Shown one piece after another: positions 11,295 to 23,920 of a stretch of 64,000 nucleotides of DNA. The stretch's first letter is position 1. Each line of letters opens with the position of its first letter. The notes beneath the pieces are model-generated. The model was not told where the DNA came from. It made no database searches and was given only the letters and a program-made list of their open reading frames with translations. The position numbers were made by a program, and so were the translations under genes. The stretch is from Mustelus asterias (lineage: Eukaryota): assembly GCF_964213995.1 (NCBI RefSeq), contig NC_135808.1, positions 12,090,001 through 12,154,000 of the forward strand. The letters are read 5' to 3'.

Positions 11295-14200
11295 ATGGCA
11301 TCTCCGGATCTCACCCAGGAACTAACCTGTCCCATCTGCCTGGAGATATTCACCCAGCCCGTGTCTCTGGAATGTGAACATCACTTCTGCAGGAGCTGCA
11401 TCTCCCAGAGTTGGGAGAAGGTCCGGGGAGATGTTTCCTGTCCCCAGTGTCGACAGGTCTTCACCCAGAGGAACATCAGGCCCGCTCGCACCCTGGCTAA
11501 CATCGTGGAGAAGCTCAGAGTGCTGAAGGTGACACAGCCAGGGGAGGAGTTTTACTGTCAGGAACACGAGGAGAAGCTGAAACTGTTCTGTGAAGATGAA
11601 GAGAGAGCCATCTGTCTGGTGTGTGGCATGTCCAGTGCTCACAAGATGCACAGTGTGATCCCAATAAAGGAGGCAGCCCAGATATACAAGGTACTGGATC
11701 ACTGCCACTGACACAGACAGGGAGGGAAGAGGGACAGGGGGGTAAGTAACAGAGTGAGAGGGGGGCTTGTTGGATGAGGGAGGGGAGTGCTGCAGGGAGT
11801 GGGGGAGGGATGGGGAGAAGGAGGTGGAGAGGGTTGAGGGGAGGGGAAGGTTGAGGGGAGGAGAGGGTTGAGGGGAGGAGGGGAATGGACCTGGAGGAGG
11901 ATAATTGCAACAGGCGGAATTAACACAAAGTTCCTCCTAAATTTCTTCATCCTTTCATTCCAAACATTGAGAGTGACCAATCCTGGGAATATCTCCTTCC
12001 CTCCTTCACCAGTGTGAGTGGATTTAAAAACAGCAAACTCCTCCAGAAGGTGCCGTTAGCGGGTGTTCCCTTTCACAACCCTCTTTGTGTCCTTTCTGTC
12101 TGCCAGAACAAGTTAGAAACATCGTTGGAGACTCTGCAGAAGCAAATGGACCTCAGTCTTCACAGGAAAAGAGAAGGAGAGGATGGCATTTCACAGATGA
12201 AGGTAGGAGAGTGTCCTTTAGGCTTTGTGTAATGTTCCCTGTGTTTGTCATTGAGAGTGAGTGAGCTTCTCACACAGTGAGAGAGAGAGAGAGAGTTTTA
12301 CTGAATAAAATGCTGGGGTCCAAATCACATTGCAGCTGGAATATAAGGGAGCGTCTGTAAATTGCAAAATATGGTAACAATGTATAAAGGTCTAATTTTA
12401 CCGCTGCACCCAATTTCAACGATTGACAAAATAAATCTCGTCAGTAACTCACTCCCTGATATCCATTATTCGACATATAAACCATCTGAACCTCTCAATT
12501 AGATTCCCGTCTGTAACTCACTCTCAGGTATCCATTATTCTGTATATAAACCATCTGAACCCCTCGATTCGATTCCAGTCTATAACTCACTCCCAGGGAT
12601 TCATTTTCGATATATAAACCATCTGAACCCCTCGACTGGATTCCAGTCTGTAACCCACTCCCAGGTATGCATTATTCTATGTATGATCCATCATAACCTC
12701 TTGGTTAGAATCCAGTCTGTAACTCATTCCCAGGTATCCATTATTCTATATATAAACCATCTGAACCCCTCGATTAGATTCCAGTCTGTAACACAGACCC
12801 CATGCCATTATTCCAGATATAAACCATCTGAACCTCTTGATTAGATTCCAGTGTGTAACTCACTCCCAGGTATCCATTATTCTACATATAAATCATCTGA
12901 ACCCCTCAATTAGATTCCAGCCTATTTCTCTCTCCCAGGTATGCATTATTCTATATATAAACCATTATAACCGCTTGATTTGATTCCAGTCTGTAACTCA
13001 TTCCCAGGTATCCATTCTTTTATATGTCAAACTATCTGAACCTCTCGATTAGATTCCAGGCTGTAACTCACTCCCAGGCATCCATTATTCTATATATAAA
13101 CCATCTGAACCCCTCGATTAGATTCCAGTCTGGAACTCACTCCCAGGTATCCATTATTCTATATATAAACCATCTGAACCCCTCGATTAGATTCCAGTCT
13201 GTAACTCACTCCCAGGTATCCATTATTCTATATATAAACCATCTGAACCCCTCGATTAGATTCCAGTCTGTAACTCACTCCCAGGTATCCATTATTCTAT
13301 ATATAAACCATCTGAACCCCTCGATTAGATTCCAGTCTGTCAGTGACTCCCAGTTATTCATTTTTCTATATCTAACCATTTGAACCCTTGATTAGATTCC
13401 AGTCTGTAATTAACTCCCAGGTAAACATTGATCCATGTATAAATTTGAACCTCTCGATTAGTTTTCTCTCAGTAACTCACTCCTTGCTCTCTTATATTTT
13501 ATCATAAACCATTGGTATAATTTTACTGTGTTCAGCTGTAACTCACTCCCACACGCCGAATATTCCATCAAACAGCTGATCGTGCAGTGAATGGACAGAG
13601 ACCAGGGACACTGGGATTACAGACATTGTTTATTCCGTTCTGTATTAAATCTGTTCCAGACTGAAGTTGAGAGACTGAGAAATGAAATCCGCAGTGAATT
13701 TGAAAAGATGCACAAGTTCCTGTTTGAGAAGGAAGAGCTGATGAAAACAGAGTTGGAGCGAAAAAGCAATAAAATATTTGAGGAAATGGAGAACAATTTA
13801 AAGAAAACCTTGGATGAAATGTCTTCTGTTGAAGGAGCAATAAGAGATCTTCAATCCAGGCTGGAGATACAAGAGGCTCCAGAGTTCCTCAAGGTACAAA
13901 ACCTCTTTGCCTTGTCCAGGAGAACATTGCGGGACTGAGGGCTGACATACTGACCTTTAACCTCTGGGCCTGGGTTTGGCCTCAGTCTGATTGGTTGGAT
14001 GATTATCTCTTGCTGCTGTCAGTGAGGGTGCAGTGGGAGATGGGGTGAGGTAATCTCAGTGTGATTCCTATACACAGTGTAACCACAGCACTGAGTGATG
14101 CTTGGATTCAGAGAGAACTGGGCTGGGAGCTGGAGGGATTTACACTGGGGCAGATGGGGCTGTTCTGAGGATGGGGTTAAGGGGCATTGTTGAAGTGTAG

Positions 14201-16856
14201 AAGGTAGATCTTTATTGTGCTGCGGGTTCTGCTGTTCCTGACCCTGCAAACGCTTGATTCAACTGAAGACACAGCCAGCAATGGGGTTGGGATTGAAATC
14301 GAGGATTCAGAGAAGACACAAATTAGAGGAGTGCAGATGTCTCCGAGCTTTGTGGAGCTGGAGGAGATCACAGAGACAGAGAGGAGTGAGGCCAGGGAGG
14401 AATTTGAAAACAAGGTTGAGAATGTTTTCAATGAATACGTTGTTGAGCTGGGAGCCAGTGGAGGTCACCAAGCACCGGGGTGATGGGGGCTACGATCAGA
14501 TAGATAAGAATGTAAGCTGCTGAGGACAGAACATCCAGCTGGACATGGGCACCGGGAGGGGTGGTTGGGTGATCAGGAATATTTGGGAATAGGATAGAGG
14601 GACACAAGAGATGGGTCACATGGAGATAATGAGCTCAGAGTGGGAATGAAAGGAAAATGGAAAAGTTATTTTCTCAATGATTCCTCGGTGTCTCCATTCT
14701 GTTCCCCCCTCATAATTTCTCCCTGAGATTTACAGCAACAGATCTTTAATCTGAGCTCAGGAACAGAGGAATTAGGAGCAGGAGTCGGCAATTCAGCCCT
14801 TCGATCCTGCTCCGCCATTCAATCAGATCATGGCTGATCTCTCCCTGGTCCCAAATCCACCTCCCCACCTGTTCCCCATATCCCTTTAACCTGTTTTTTT
14901 TATCAGAAATATATCCATCTCCTTCTTGAAACTATTTAATGATTCTGACTCCACCACGTCGCGGGGCAGCGAGTTCCACAGATTTACCCCCCTCGGCGAG
15001 AAGTCGTTCCTCCTCATCTCAGTTTTAAATCTACCGCCTCTCAACCTATACCTGTGACCCCTTGTTCTAATCAGACTCAATAATATCCATTCTGTTTCTG
15101 TCCCCTCAGGATATACAAGACCTTGTGAAGAGGTAAGCAGATGTAAAGGAACAGTTTTGCGATGTGATCGCTGCTGTCTCTCTCACACGGACTGATTTGT
15201 GGACCTGTTTTTACAGGAGTCAGATGGAGTTTCACGAGGCTGGAACTGTCTCCACTCAGTTACCTGTGGGTATCGATGGTGGACCATTCAAATACATCAA
15301 TGTGTGGAGGGAAATGAGAGCAGTGATTTCACCAGGTATCATTCTCTGTATATTGCCATCTCCGTACTGTTATCCACGTGACTAATGGGCTTTGACACAC
15401 TGGTGGAATGACCATAAGAAAGAAGAGCAGCAGTGATCCAGCCCAGTGAACCTGCTCTGTTTTTGGATAAGATTATGACTGATCTGCTTGTGGCCTTCAC
15501 TCTACTTCACTCCCCACCCCACATAACCCTTAACCCCCTTGTTGATCAAAAATCTATCCAACTCCGCCTTGTAGTCAATGAGGCAGCCTCCACTGCTCTC
15601 TCTGTGGAAGAGAATTCCAAAGACTCATGACCCTCTCAGAGGAGAAATTCCTCCTCATCACCATCTTATATCACCCTTTTATTGAAGCTTTGCTGCCTCG
15701 ATCTAGATTTCCCCAGGAGATGAAACACCCTCCCAGCATCTACCCTGTCAAAGGGACCCCCTCAGAATCTCACATGTTTCAAGAAGATCTCGCTCTGCAC
15801 CTAGTTCCTCTTCAGATAATGATCCCATTCTCTTCGAAAGCTGTGGTTGAATCTGATTCCACCACAGTGCGTTCCACATCCTAAACACTGGCTGTGTGAA
15901 AAGGTTTTTCCTCGCGTTACTGTGGCTTCCTTTGTCAATCACTTATAATTCTGTCTCCTCTGGTTCTCCATCCTTCCACCAATGGGAACAGTTTCTCCCG
16001 ATCTACTCAGTCCAGACCCCTCATGATGTTGAACATCTCTGTCTAATCTCCTCTCAGTCGTCTCCTCTCTGAGTAGAACCACCCCAGTTTCACCGATCTA
16101 TCTACATACCTGAAGTTCCTATCCCAGGAACCATTCTGGTGAATCTTTTCTGCACTCTCTCTAATACCTTCACATCCTCCCTGAAGTGTGGTGCCCAGAA
16201 CTGGTGCAGAATGATAAACAACAGCAAACAATTCTGGGTCAGAATCCAATGCTGTTTGTACACGTCTCGTGATTCACTCTGCTTTTCTTATAGTAACAGC
16301 TTCCCATTTATGTTCCCTCCCAGTTCCAGCATCTCTAACCCTGGATCCAGATACAGCAAACAACCGACTCATCATTTCCCAGGATCTGAGTCATGTGAGG
16401 TTCGGAAATGAGAATAAACATCTTCCTGATGACCCAAAAAGATTTGATAATGGATATTATGTCTTGAGCTGCCAGAGTTTCACATCAGGGAGACATTACT
16501 GGGAGGTGGGGCTTGGAAACAAGACTGACTGGGTAGTGGGTGTCTGCAGAGAGTCTGTCAACAGGAAAGGAAAGATCATTGCTTCAACTGAGAATGGATT
16601 CTGGGTCATCGCCCGGCTTCGTGACTGCAAATCAGAGAAAATCCCGGATGTAATCTCCCAGCTGAAAGTGAAACCCCAGAAGTTAGGAATTTCCCTGGAT
16701 TATGAGGGGGGACAGGTGTCATTTTGCGATGCTGAGGACATGTCTCACCTGTACACATTCACTGACACATTCACCGAGAAACTCTACCCCATCTTTAATC
16801 CTTGTAATAATAAATCTGGTAACAACACTGAGCCACTCACACTGGTCACGTGTTAA
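11295..16856 (+). CDS. TRIM gene copy B, complete RING-B-box2-CC-PRY/SPRY protein, 466 aa
   Basis: join(11295-11690,12107-12202,13660-13893,15110-15132,15217-15335,16324-16856) = 1401 nt open frame. C3HC4 RING CPIC..CEHHFCRSC..CPQC; B-box2 CQEH..C..C..C..H..H; PRY LTLDPDTAN; SPRY GRHYWEV. Confidence 0.93.
12442..13485 (+). repeat. 69-bp satellite, ~15 units (intron 2 of copy B)
   Basis: Tandem 69-bp unit; it produces the spurious 23-aa repeat ORF RFQSVTHSQVSIILYINHLNPSI. Confidence 0.95.
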
Positions 16857-16989
16857 CATAGTGGAACGCACTTTCTGAGGTCAGGGCTTTGGGGAGAAGG
16901 CTGATTCACCGTGCAAACTGCTCACATTGCCCTGATTCTCTGCTGTGTGCTGTCAGGGGGTGAGTGTGTTTGAATTAGCAGTTTATTAG

Positions 16990-17694
16990 ACCACAAGACC
17001 ATGAGGCATCAGAGCAGAATTAGACCACTTGGCCCACCGAGTCTGCTCCGCCATTCAATCATGGCTGATATTTTTCTCATCCCCATTCTCCTGCCTTTTC
17101 CCGATAACCCCTGATCCCCTTATTCATCAAGAACCTATCTATCTCTGTGACCTGGCCTCCACAGCCTTCTGCAGCAAAGAGTTCCACAGATTCACCACTC
17201 TCTGGCTGAAGAAATTCCTCCTCATCTCAGTTTTAAAGGATCGTCCCTTTAGTCTGAGGTTGTGCCCTCTGGCTCTAGTTTTTCCTACTGGCGGAAACAT
17301 CCTCCATGTCCACTCTATCCAGGCCTCGCAGTATTCTGAAGTTTCAATAAGATTCCCACTCATCCTTCGAAACTCCAATGAGTACAGACCCAGAGTCCTC
17401 AACCATTCTTCATATGACAAGCTCTTCATTCCAGGGGTCATTCTTGTGAACCTCCTCTGGACCCTTTCCAAGGTCAGCACATCCTTCCTTAGATACGAGA
17501 ACCAAAACTGCTCACAATATTCCAAATGGGGTCTGACCAGAGCCTTATCCAGCCTCAGAAGTACATCCCTGCTCTTGTATTCTAGCCCTCTCGACATGAA
17601 TGCTAACATTGCATTTGCCTTCCTACCTGTCGACTGAACCTGCATGCTAACCTTAAGAGAATCTTGAACAAGGACTCCCAAGTCCCTTTGTGTT
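16990..17694 (-). mobile_element. CR1 3' fragment downstream of the copy B stop codon
   Basis: Minus-strand ORF LVRPHLEYC..LERVQRRFTR..NFFSQRVVNLWNSL plus a CR1 tail. Confidence 0.9.
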
Positions 17695-17865
17695 ATTCTG
17701 TCATTTTAACTCAGATTCTCTCACCATCTCACTGTCCCTATCCCAATCTAAAGGGACCCAGAAGCACTGAACAAGAATAGAATGAAGCATAATTTTCTGA
17801 ATTGTGGAAACTGTGCCCTACTCTCAAACAATTCATTGTGAATCTTTATTTTGTTTGCGCCCTTG

Positions 17866-17871
17866 AATAAA
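17866..17871 (+). terminator. Candidate polyadenylation signal of copy B (paralogue 32714-32719 for copy C)
   Basis: AATAAA in conserved non-TE sequence, followed by a T-rich tract. Confidence 0.4.
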
Positions 17872-17997
17872 TATTTTATTTCTAAACTGTTATCATGGAC
17901 CTGGCTGATGTTAACTGCGAGAGTGTGCCAATCTGGAACACGGTTTACGGTTGTGTATAATCTTGTTGATGAGAACGGTGTGAGGAACCTCGTGTGA

Positions 17998-18073
17998 TTG
18001 AATGGTGGAGTGGACTCGATGGGCCGAATGGCCTTACTTCCGCTCCTATGTCTTATGGTCTTATGGTCTTATG
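17998..18073 (+). mobile_element. Very short CR1 3'-end insertion
   Basis: CR1 terminal stem plus (TCTTATGG)n; absent from the paralogue at ~32845. Confidence 0.75.
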
Positions 18074-18231
18074 GAGACCCAGTGAGAAAGTAACCAGACC
18101 AGTTGTAGTATAACACTTACTAAAGATTATTCCAATAAAGAAAAGACACATAGACACAAACAGGACTATAATGATCTAAGACAGTTACATATAGGAACTA
18201 CCAAACATACCCCGCAGTTTCTGTAGAAATT

Positions 18232-18700
18232 CCCAGGATGCTGCCTGGATTAGAGGGAAGAAGCTGTAAGGAGAGGCTGGACGAACTCGGATTGTTTTCT
18301 CTGGAGCGGCAGAGGCTGAGGGGAGACCTGATAGAAGTCTATAAAATTACGAGAGGCAGAGATCGGGTTGAGAATCAGAAACATTTCTGAGTTGAAATGT
18401 CTAATACGAGGGGGCATGAACTTAAGGTGAGAGGGGGGGAAGGTTCAGGGGAGATGTGAGGGGCAATTTTCTTTACGCAGAGAGTGGTAGGTGTCTGGAA
18501 CGCGCTGCCAGGGGTGGTGGTGGTGCAGGAAGATACAACAGGGCACTTAAGGGGCTTTTAGATAAGCACATAAATATGCAAGGAATGGAGGGATATGGAC
18601 CAAGGGGAAGCAGAAGGGAATGGTTTAATTTAGCGTCATGTTCAGCACAACATCGAGGGCCGAATGGCCTGTTCCTGTGCGGTACTGTTCTATGTTCTAT
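18232..18700 (+). mobile_element. CR1 3' fragment (paralogue at 33002-33477)
   Basis: MLPGLEG..LGLFSLE..GDLIEVYKI; (TTCTATG)n tail. Confidence 0.85.
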
Positions 18701-19309
18701 GCACCCTTTTTGATCCAAATTGTATTTATGAGATCTGAACTCTTTGAGGACTTCCCTATTCCTAAACATCATCCAGTTCAATAGATCGATAAGTAGAGGC
18801 CAGCTTATAGTTACCGCACTGTGTACGATTGAGAAGTTACTCTGGGGAAGGTTTCTTCTTGGTTCAGCGATGATGTGGGTATTAACTGCCTCCACGAAGG
18901 TTTCTGCACTCTTGCCTCTGCTCTGCCTGCGAGAACTGGCTTATAGGCTGCTGGATGGAAACTGCCCAACGCTTCCACGAAAAGGTTGTCAATTATATCA
19001 TTGTTTCCCTTTGAAGGATCTCTCTGTATATTTGGCTGCCTGTCCCCTCAGCTTCTGTTCGTTCTAAAAGGTTAACATGTGTCCGTCTTCCCTGGACGGT
19101 GCAATCGTCGACTCAAAGGGATTGCGATTAGCAGGATGATGTGTTTCTTTTGGACTGTCGACAACAGCTAATCTCCTTGTTGGGAATCACATCCTGTGAA
19201 ATACCTTTGGAAATGCTGGTGGCTCTGAAGCTGCTGGAAACTTCATGACAACTGGACTGACACCTGGTGTGAGGATTATTGATTCAGAAAATGAGTGGAA
19301 AGAATTTAT

Positions 19310-19555
19310 TTCCATTCATTTGTGGGATGCGGATGTCGCTGGCTGGACCAGCATTTATTGCCCATTCCAAATTGCCCTTGAGAAGGTGGTGGAGAGCTGC
19401 CTTCCTGAACAGCTGCAGTCCCTGTGGTGTAGGTACACCCACTGTGCTGTTAGGGAGGGAGTTCCAGGATTTTGACCCAGTGACAGTGAGGGAATGGGGA
19501 TACATTTCCAAGTCAGGACAGTGAGTGACATGGAGCAGAGCTTCCAGGTGGTGGT
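19310..19555 (-). mobile_element. 3' end of a CR1-group LINE (paralogue ~34085-34330)
   Basis: Minus strand reads TVTGSKSWNSLPNS..LQLFRKAALHHLLKGN followed by a GGGCAATAAATGCTGG tail. Confidence 0.75.
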
Positions 19556-19572
19556 ATCAGGTATAAGAATAT

Positions 19573-19879
19573 CAGCACTGCTGCCTCACAGCGTCAGGGA
19601 ACCAGGGTCAATTCCCGGCTTGGGTCACTGTCTGTGTGGAGTTTGCACATTCTCCCCGCATCTGCGTGGGTTTCCTCCGAGTGCTCTGGTTTCCTCCCAC
19701 AGTCCAAAGATGTGCGGGTTAGGTGGATTGGCCATGTTAAATTGCCTCTTAGTGTCAGGAGGACTAGCTCGGTAAATATATGGGGTTATGGGGATAGGGT
19801 CTGGGTGGGATTGTGGTCGGTACAGACTCAATGGGCCGAATTGCCTCTTTCTGCTTTGTAGGATTCTATGATTCGATGA
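19573..19879 (+). mobile_element. HE1-type SINE
   Basis: Partial head, V-core and (ATTCTATG)n tail. Confidence 0.87.
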
Positions 19880-20927
19880 CTTATGACCATTCAGTCAGAA
19901 CCTGTCTAAACATCAACATCAACTCCACTTTCCCACCCTATCCCTTCACTCTCTTTGTAGACAAGAAGATATCGATCTCTGGGTTGAATATTCTCGCTGA
20001 CAGCTCACCGAGGTAGAGAATCCCAAAGATTCACATCTCTCTCTGAGTGAAGACATTTCTCCTCGTCTCAGTCTTAAATGGCCGACCCCTTATCCTGATT
20101 CTGTGACTCCGAGTTCTAGAGCAGTCTCAGCATCAACCCTCTCAGGATCCCGAACAATTGTGTCTGTCTCAATAAGATCACCCCTTATTCTTCTAAACTT
20201 TAAAGATTACAGATCCATTGTACTCACTCTCTCCTCATATAGAACAACCCTTTCCCCCCAAGAATCTATTCAGTGAACCTTCATTGCAGCCTCTAAATTA
20301 AGTCTAGGTTTCCTTAGGTAAGGAGACTAAAACTGTGCCCAGTCCTCCAACTGTGACCACACCCAGTCGCTGTTTCATTGCAGCAAGACTTATACTCTTA
20401 TACATCAGCCCCATTGTAATAAAGGCTAACATAACATTTACCGTCCTAATTGTTCACTGTATCTGCTTGTTACCTTTCTCTGCTTCACCCCAAATCCCTC
20501 TGACTCCAACATTTACAAGTCTCCCATCTTTCAAATAAATTATCCTGATATCCTCATCGAGTCATAGAGGTTTACAGCATGGAAACAGGCCCTTCAGCCC
20601 AACTTGTCCATGCCGCCCAGTTTTTACCACTAAGCGAGTCCCAATTGCCCCCATTTGGCCCATATCCCTCTACACCCATCTTACCCATGTAACTGTCCAA
20701 AAGCTTTTTAAAAGACAAATTGTACCCACCTCTACTACTGCCTCTGGCAGCTCGTTCCAGACACTCACCACCCTGTGTGTGAAAAAATTTCCTCTCTGGA
20801 CCCTTTTGGATCTCTCCCCTCTCACCTTAAAATGTGACCTCTAGTTTTAGACTCCCCTAACTTCGGTAAAAGGTGTGACTAGCTACCTTATCTCTCATTA
20901 ATTTATAGACCTCGATAAGATCTATAA

Positions 20928-21277
20928 GGGGCGGCACGGTAGCACAGTGGTTAGCACTGCTGCTTCACAGCTCCAGAGACCTGGGTTCGATTCCCGGCTT
21001 GGGTCACTGTCTGTGCGGAGTTTGCACATTCTCCTCGTGTCTGCGTGGGTTTCATCCGGCTGCTCCGGTTTCCTCCCACAGTCCAAAGACGTGCGGGTTA
21101 GGTTGATTGGCCATGCTAAAATTGCCCCTTAGTGTCCTGGGATGCTTAGATTAGAGGGATTAGCGGGTAAAATATGTAGGGATGTGGGGGTAGGGCCTGG
21201 GTGGGATTGTGGTCGGTGCAGACTCGATGGGCCGAACGGCCTCTTTCTGTACTGTAGGATTTCTATGATTTCTATGA
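20928..21277 (+). mobile_element. Full-length HE1-type SINE
   Basis: GGGGCGGCACGGTAGCACAGTGGTTAGC..GGTTCGATTCCC head, V-core and (TTTCTATGA)n tail; empty site at ~56595. Confidence 0.92.
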
Positions 21278-21795
21278 AGATCACCCCTCAGCCTCCTGGG
21301 CTCCAGGGAAACAAGTCCCAGTCTATCCAGCCTCTCCTAATAACTCAAACCATCAAGTCAGAGCAAAGAGGATAATTGTACAAAAGAGATCGGGGCAGTG
21401 AGACGCTCCAGTCTGTCCCACCGTTCAGTTGGATCATCGCTGATCTGTATCGAAACCACATTTACTGACCTTGGTTTTATAGTGCCGGAGCCTTTGTGTG
21501 AAGAAGCTTCTCCTGAAATCCCCCCCCTTGAACTCCCTCATCCTGATGGGCACTTTTCCCATGTTGGCAGGAAGGGCTTTACATGGAGCAGCCCCGCCAT
21601 CTGCTGGCAGTGCTGTGAATGGCCACTTGCTCTGTCAGCTGCCTTTAAACTGGAGGATGGATTTAGTGAGGCCGTCAATATAAGATAGTCATTAACAAAT
21701 CCAATCGGGAATTCGAGACCAACATCTTTACCCAGAGAGTGGTTAGAATGAGGAACTCCCTCCCATTCAAGGAGAACGGGAATGGGGAAGGGGTT

Positions 21796-22658
21796 TGATG
21801 TGGGAAATTTCTCACAAATCAATAAGATTTGAGAACAGTAGACGTTTAGATACTGACAGGATTAAGAGCAACGGGTTAATGATTCTTAAAACAATATTGT
21901 AGGCTAATGAGAGAAGAGATTACACACATGTGAACGCAGTGAGAGAGTTAAACAAGTAATTATGATTTAAACATATATGCTGATATTTTAAATGTATTTT
22001 AAGTGTTATATGAATTATTCACTTCAGCCGAAGGCAGGTTACCACAAGGTATGATGGGAAAGGTGAATAGTTCAGAACCAAAGGCCTGAGAATCCTGTAC
22101 TTTGCAAAATTCATCTCCGGAAGTTTCTTATGCAGCAACACATGTTGCAATTTTATGAATAGGTGTTTTCCTTGTCCAGACTCGAGATGGAAATGTGCCC
22201 GGATGTGGGAGCACCTGTCTATCCAGTTTGGCAATGATTGGGTGGGAACATTAACTTTGACCCCGACAGTGAGTGTCTCGGGTAATCTGGCAACAGGGAA
22301 GTAACTTTAGCCAAGATAGGAGTTAGCATCTGGATTTCATGGACAAATGAGATATCATTGTGCTGGAAGGTAAGATGCAATTGGCTGAGGTACATGACAG
22401 GTATTATTATTGATATGTGTGTCTGAAATATGATTAATTTTAAGCTAATGTAAGGCAAGAATGATTGATAAGAAAACCTATAATTGTTCTGTTTAGAATT
22501 GTAAAGGTCAGATCTATTCGGAGAGTTCTGGCTGCTCGATCCGAGAGCTGACTCCACCCTCTGATGATCTCCGAGCAGCTGTTAATTAAATAAAGTTACA
22601 TCTTTGGTTCAGAAACACTGGCTCCGTGAGTCTTGGATTGTCTTAAGTTTTCCTGACA
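21796..22658 (+). mobile_element. Putative ERV-like solo LTR (paralogue)
   Basis: As 5986-6848. Confidence 0.45.
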
Positions 22659-23436
22659 GTTCTGGTCACCTCGGGTCCCCCACAACAGTCTTAAAATGGA
22701 GAGAGAGGCTCCGTGCCCAGCAGTTCAGTGCTGTACTCACTGTGACTGGGTTTGGTGAGGGGTTCCAGACCCTTGTTTCAGCTGAAGCAATATTTTAAAG
22801 TGGGGGCTGGATGGCAGTATATGTGTTCACAGTGACACCCAGTGGCAGGCAATGGAAAGGCACATTGCACAGAGTATTCAACAAGAGGCTGATTCACTAC
22901 CTCCCATTGAGTGCTGCCACCCCAGTCGAATATCCATCTCACCAGCATTACTGTCTCAGTAAAATGTCTCGCAAGATGATCACAGTCTGCGGCGGAGACA
23001 ATAGCAGATTCAGCATCACGATTTGTTTAAACGGAACATGAACAAACTGATGGAGCAGGAGGTGAGCAGGAATTTAAAGATGTTATTGTGCAGTCGATGT
23101 CCCAGTTCCTGGTGTGTTAATGTGATCCAGTGAGCTGACAGAGGCTGTCCATTCAACACTCTCCAGTAACTGGAGGCTCAGCCCAGGTAGGGTGTGTGTG
23201 TGTGTGTGTCTCGCACTGGGACGGAAGATTCATACATACAATCCCTACAGTGCAGAACGAGGCCATTTGGCCCATCGAGCCTGCACCAGCAACAATCCCA
23301 CCCAGGCCTGATCCGCAGGACAGCACATATTTACCCTGATAGTCCCCCTGACACTGAGGGGTAATTGAACTTGGCCAGTCTGCCTGACAGAGGCTGTCCA
23401 TTCAGTAAATGAAGGCTCAACCCAGATAGTTTGTCT

Positions 23437-23438
<2 letters not shown>

Positions 23439-23481
<43 letters not shown>

Positions 23482-23693
23482 GGAGGGCCTGAGAGTAAGT
23501 GTGTGGGAATGTATGTGTGTCTGAGCGTAAGTTTACGAATGTGTGTGTGTGAGAGTGTCTGTGTCTATGTGTGTGTGTGTGTGAGAATGGGAGAGTGTGT
23601 GGGTGTGTGTGAGAGAATGGGAGAGTGTGTGGGTGTGTGTGAGAGAATGGGAGAGTGTGTGTGTGTGTGTCAGTGAATGGGAGAGTGTGTGTA
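23439..23693. repeat. (GT)n-rich compound microsatellite with a 30-bp higher-order repeat
   Basis: Directly visible. Confidence 0.93.
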
Positions 23694-23696
23694 TGT

Positions 23697-23920
23697 TATG
23701 ATTTGATTCGATTTATTATTGTCACATATTTTGGTCTGCAGTGAAAGGCATTGTTTCAAGCACACGAGGTGGACAAAGCATACCGTTCATAGAGAACGAA
23801 AGGAGAGGATGCAGAATGAAGTGTTACAGTCATAGCGAGGGTGCAGAGAAAGATCAGCTTAATATATATAGAATGTTCATTCAAAAGTCTGCTGTCAGCA
23901 GGGAAGAAGCTGCTCTTGTT
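23697..23920 (-). mobile_element. Probable Rex1/Babar-type LINE 3' fragment (another piece at ~39680-39810)
   Basis: TTTATTATTGTCACAT..CAGTGAAA..GGGAAGAAGCTG pattern recognised from memory; not aligned. Confidence 0.45.

Larger units (their letters stand above)
17891..19250. mobile_element. Putative solo LTR carrying CR1 insertions
   Basis: Termini TATCATG..CATGACA here and TGTCACG..CATGACA in the paralogue (consensus TGTCATG/CATGACA); near-TSD ACTGT/ACTGG. Confidence 0.6.

Noticed and set aside
11295-16856. Assigning a specific symbol (TRIM39, TRIM27, TRIM21, TRIM35)
   Set aside because: Lineage-specific expansion; orthology cannot be determined without a phylogeny.
17029-17637. 202-aa + strand ORF and similar antisense ORFs over LINEs (e.g. 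43793-44377, 44984-46654)
   Set aside because: Shadows of CR1 coding sequence on the opposite strand.
20928-21000. tRNA-like sequences (also 1759, 3474, 35710, 49260, 61410, 62932, 63581)
   Set aside because: SINE heads with A/B boxes that run into SINE bodies; no complete cloverleaf.
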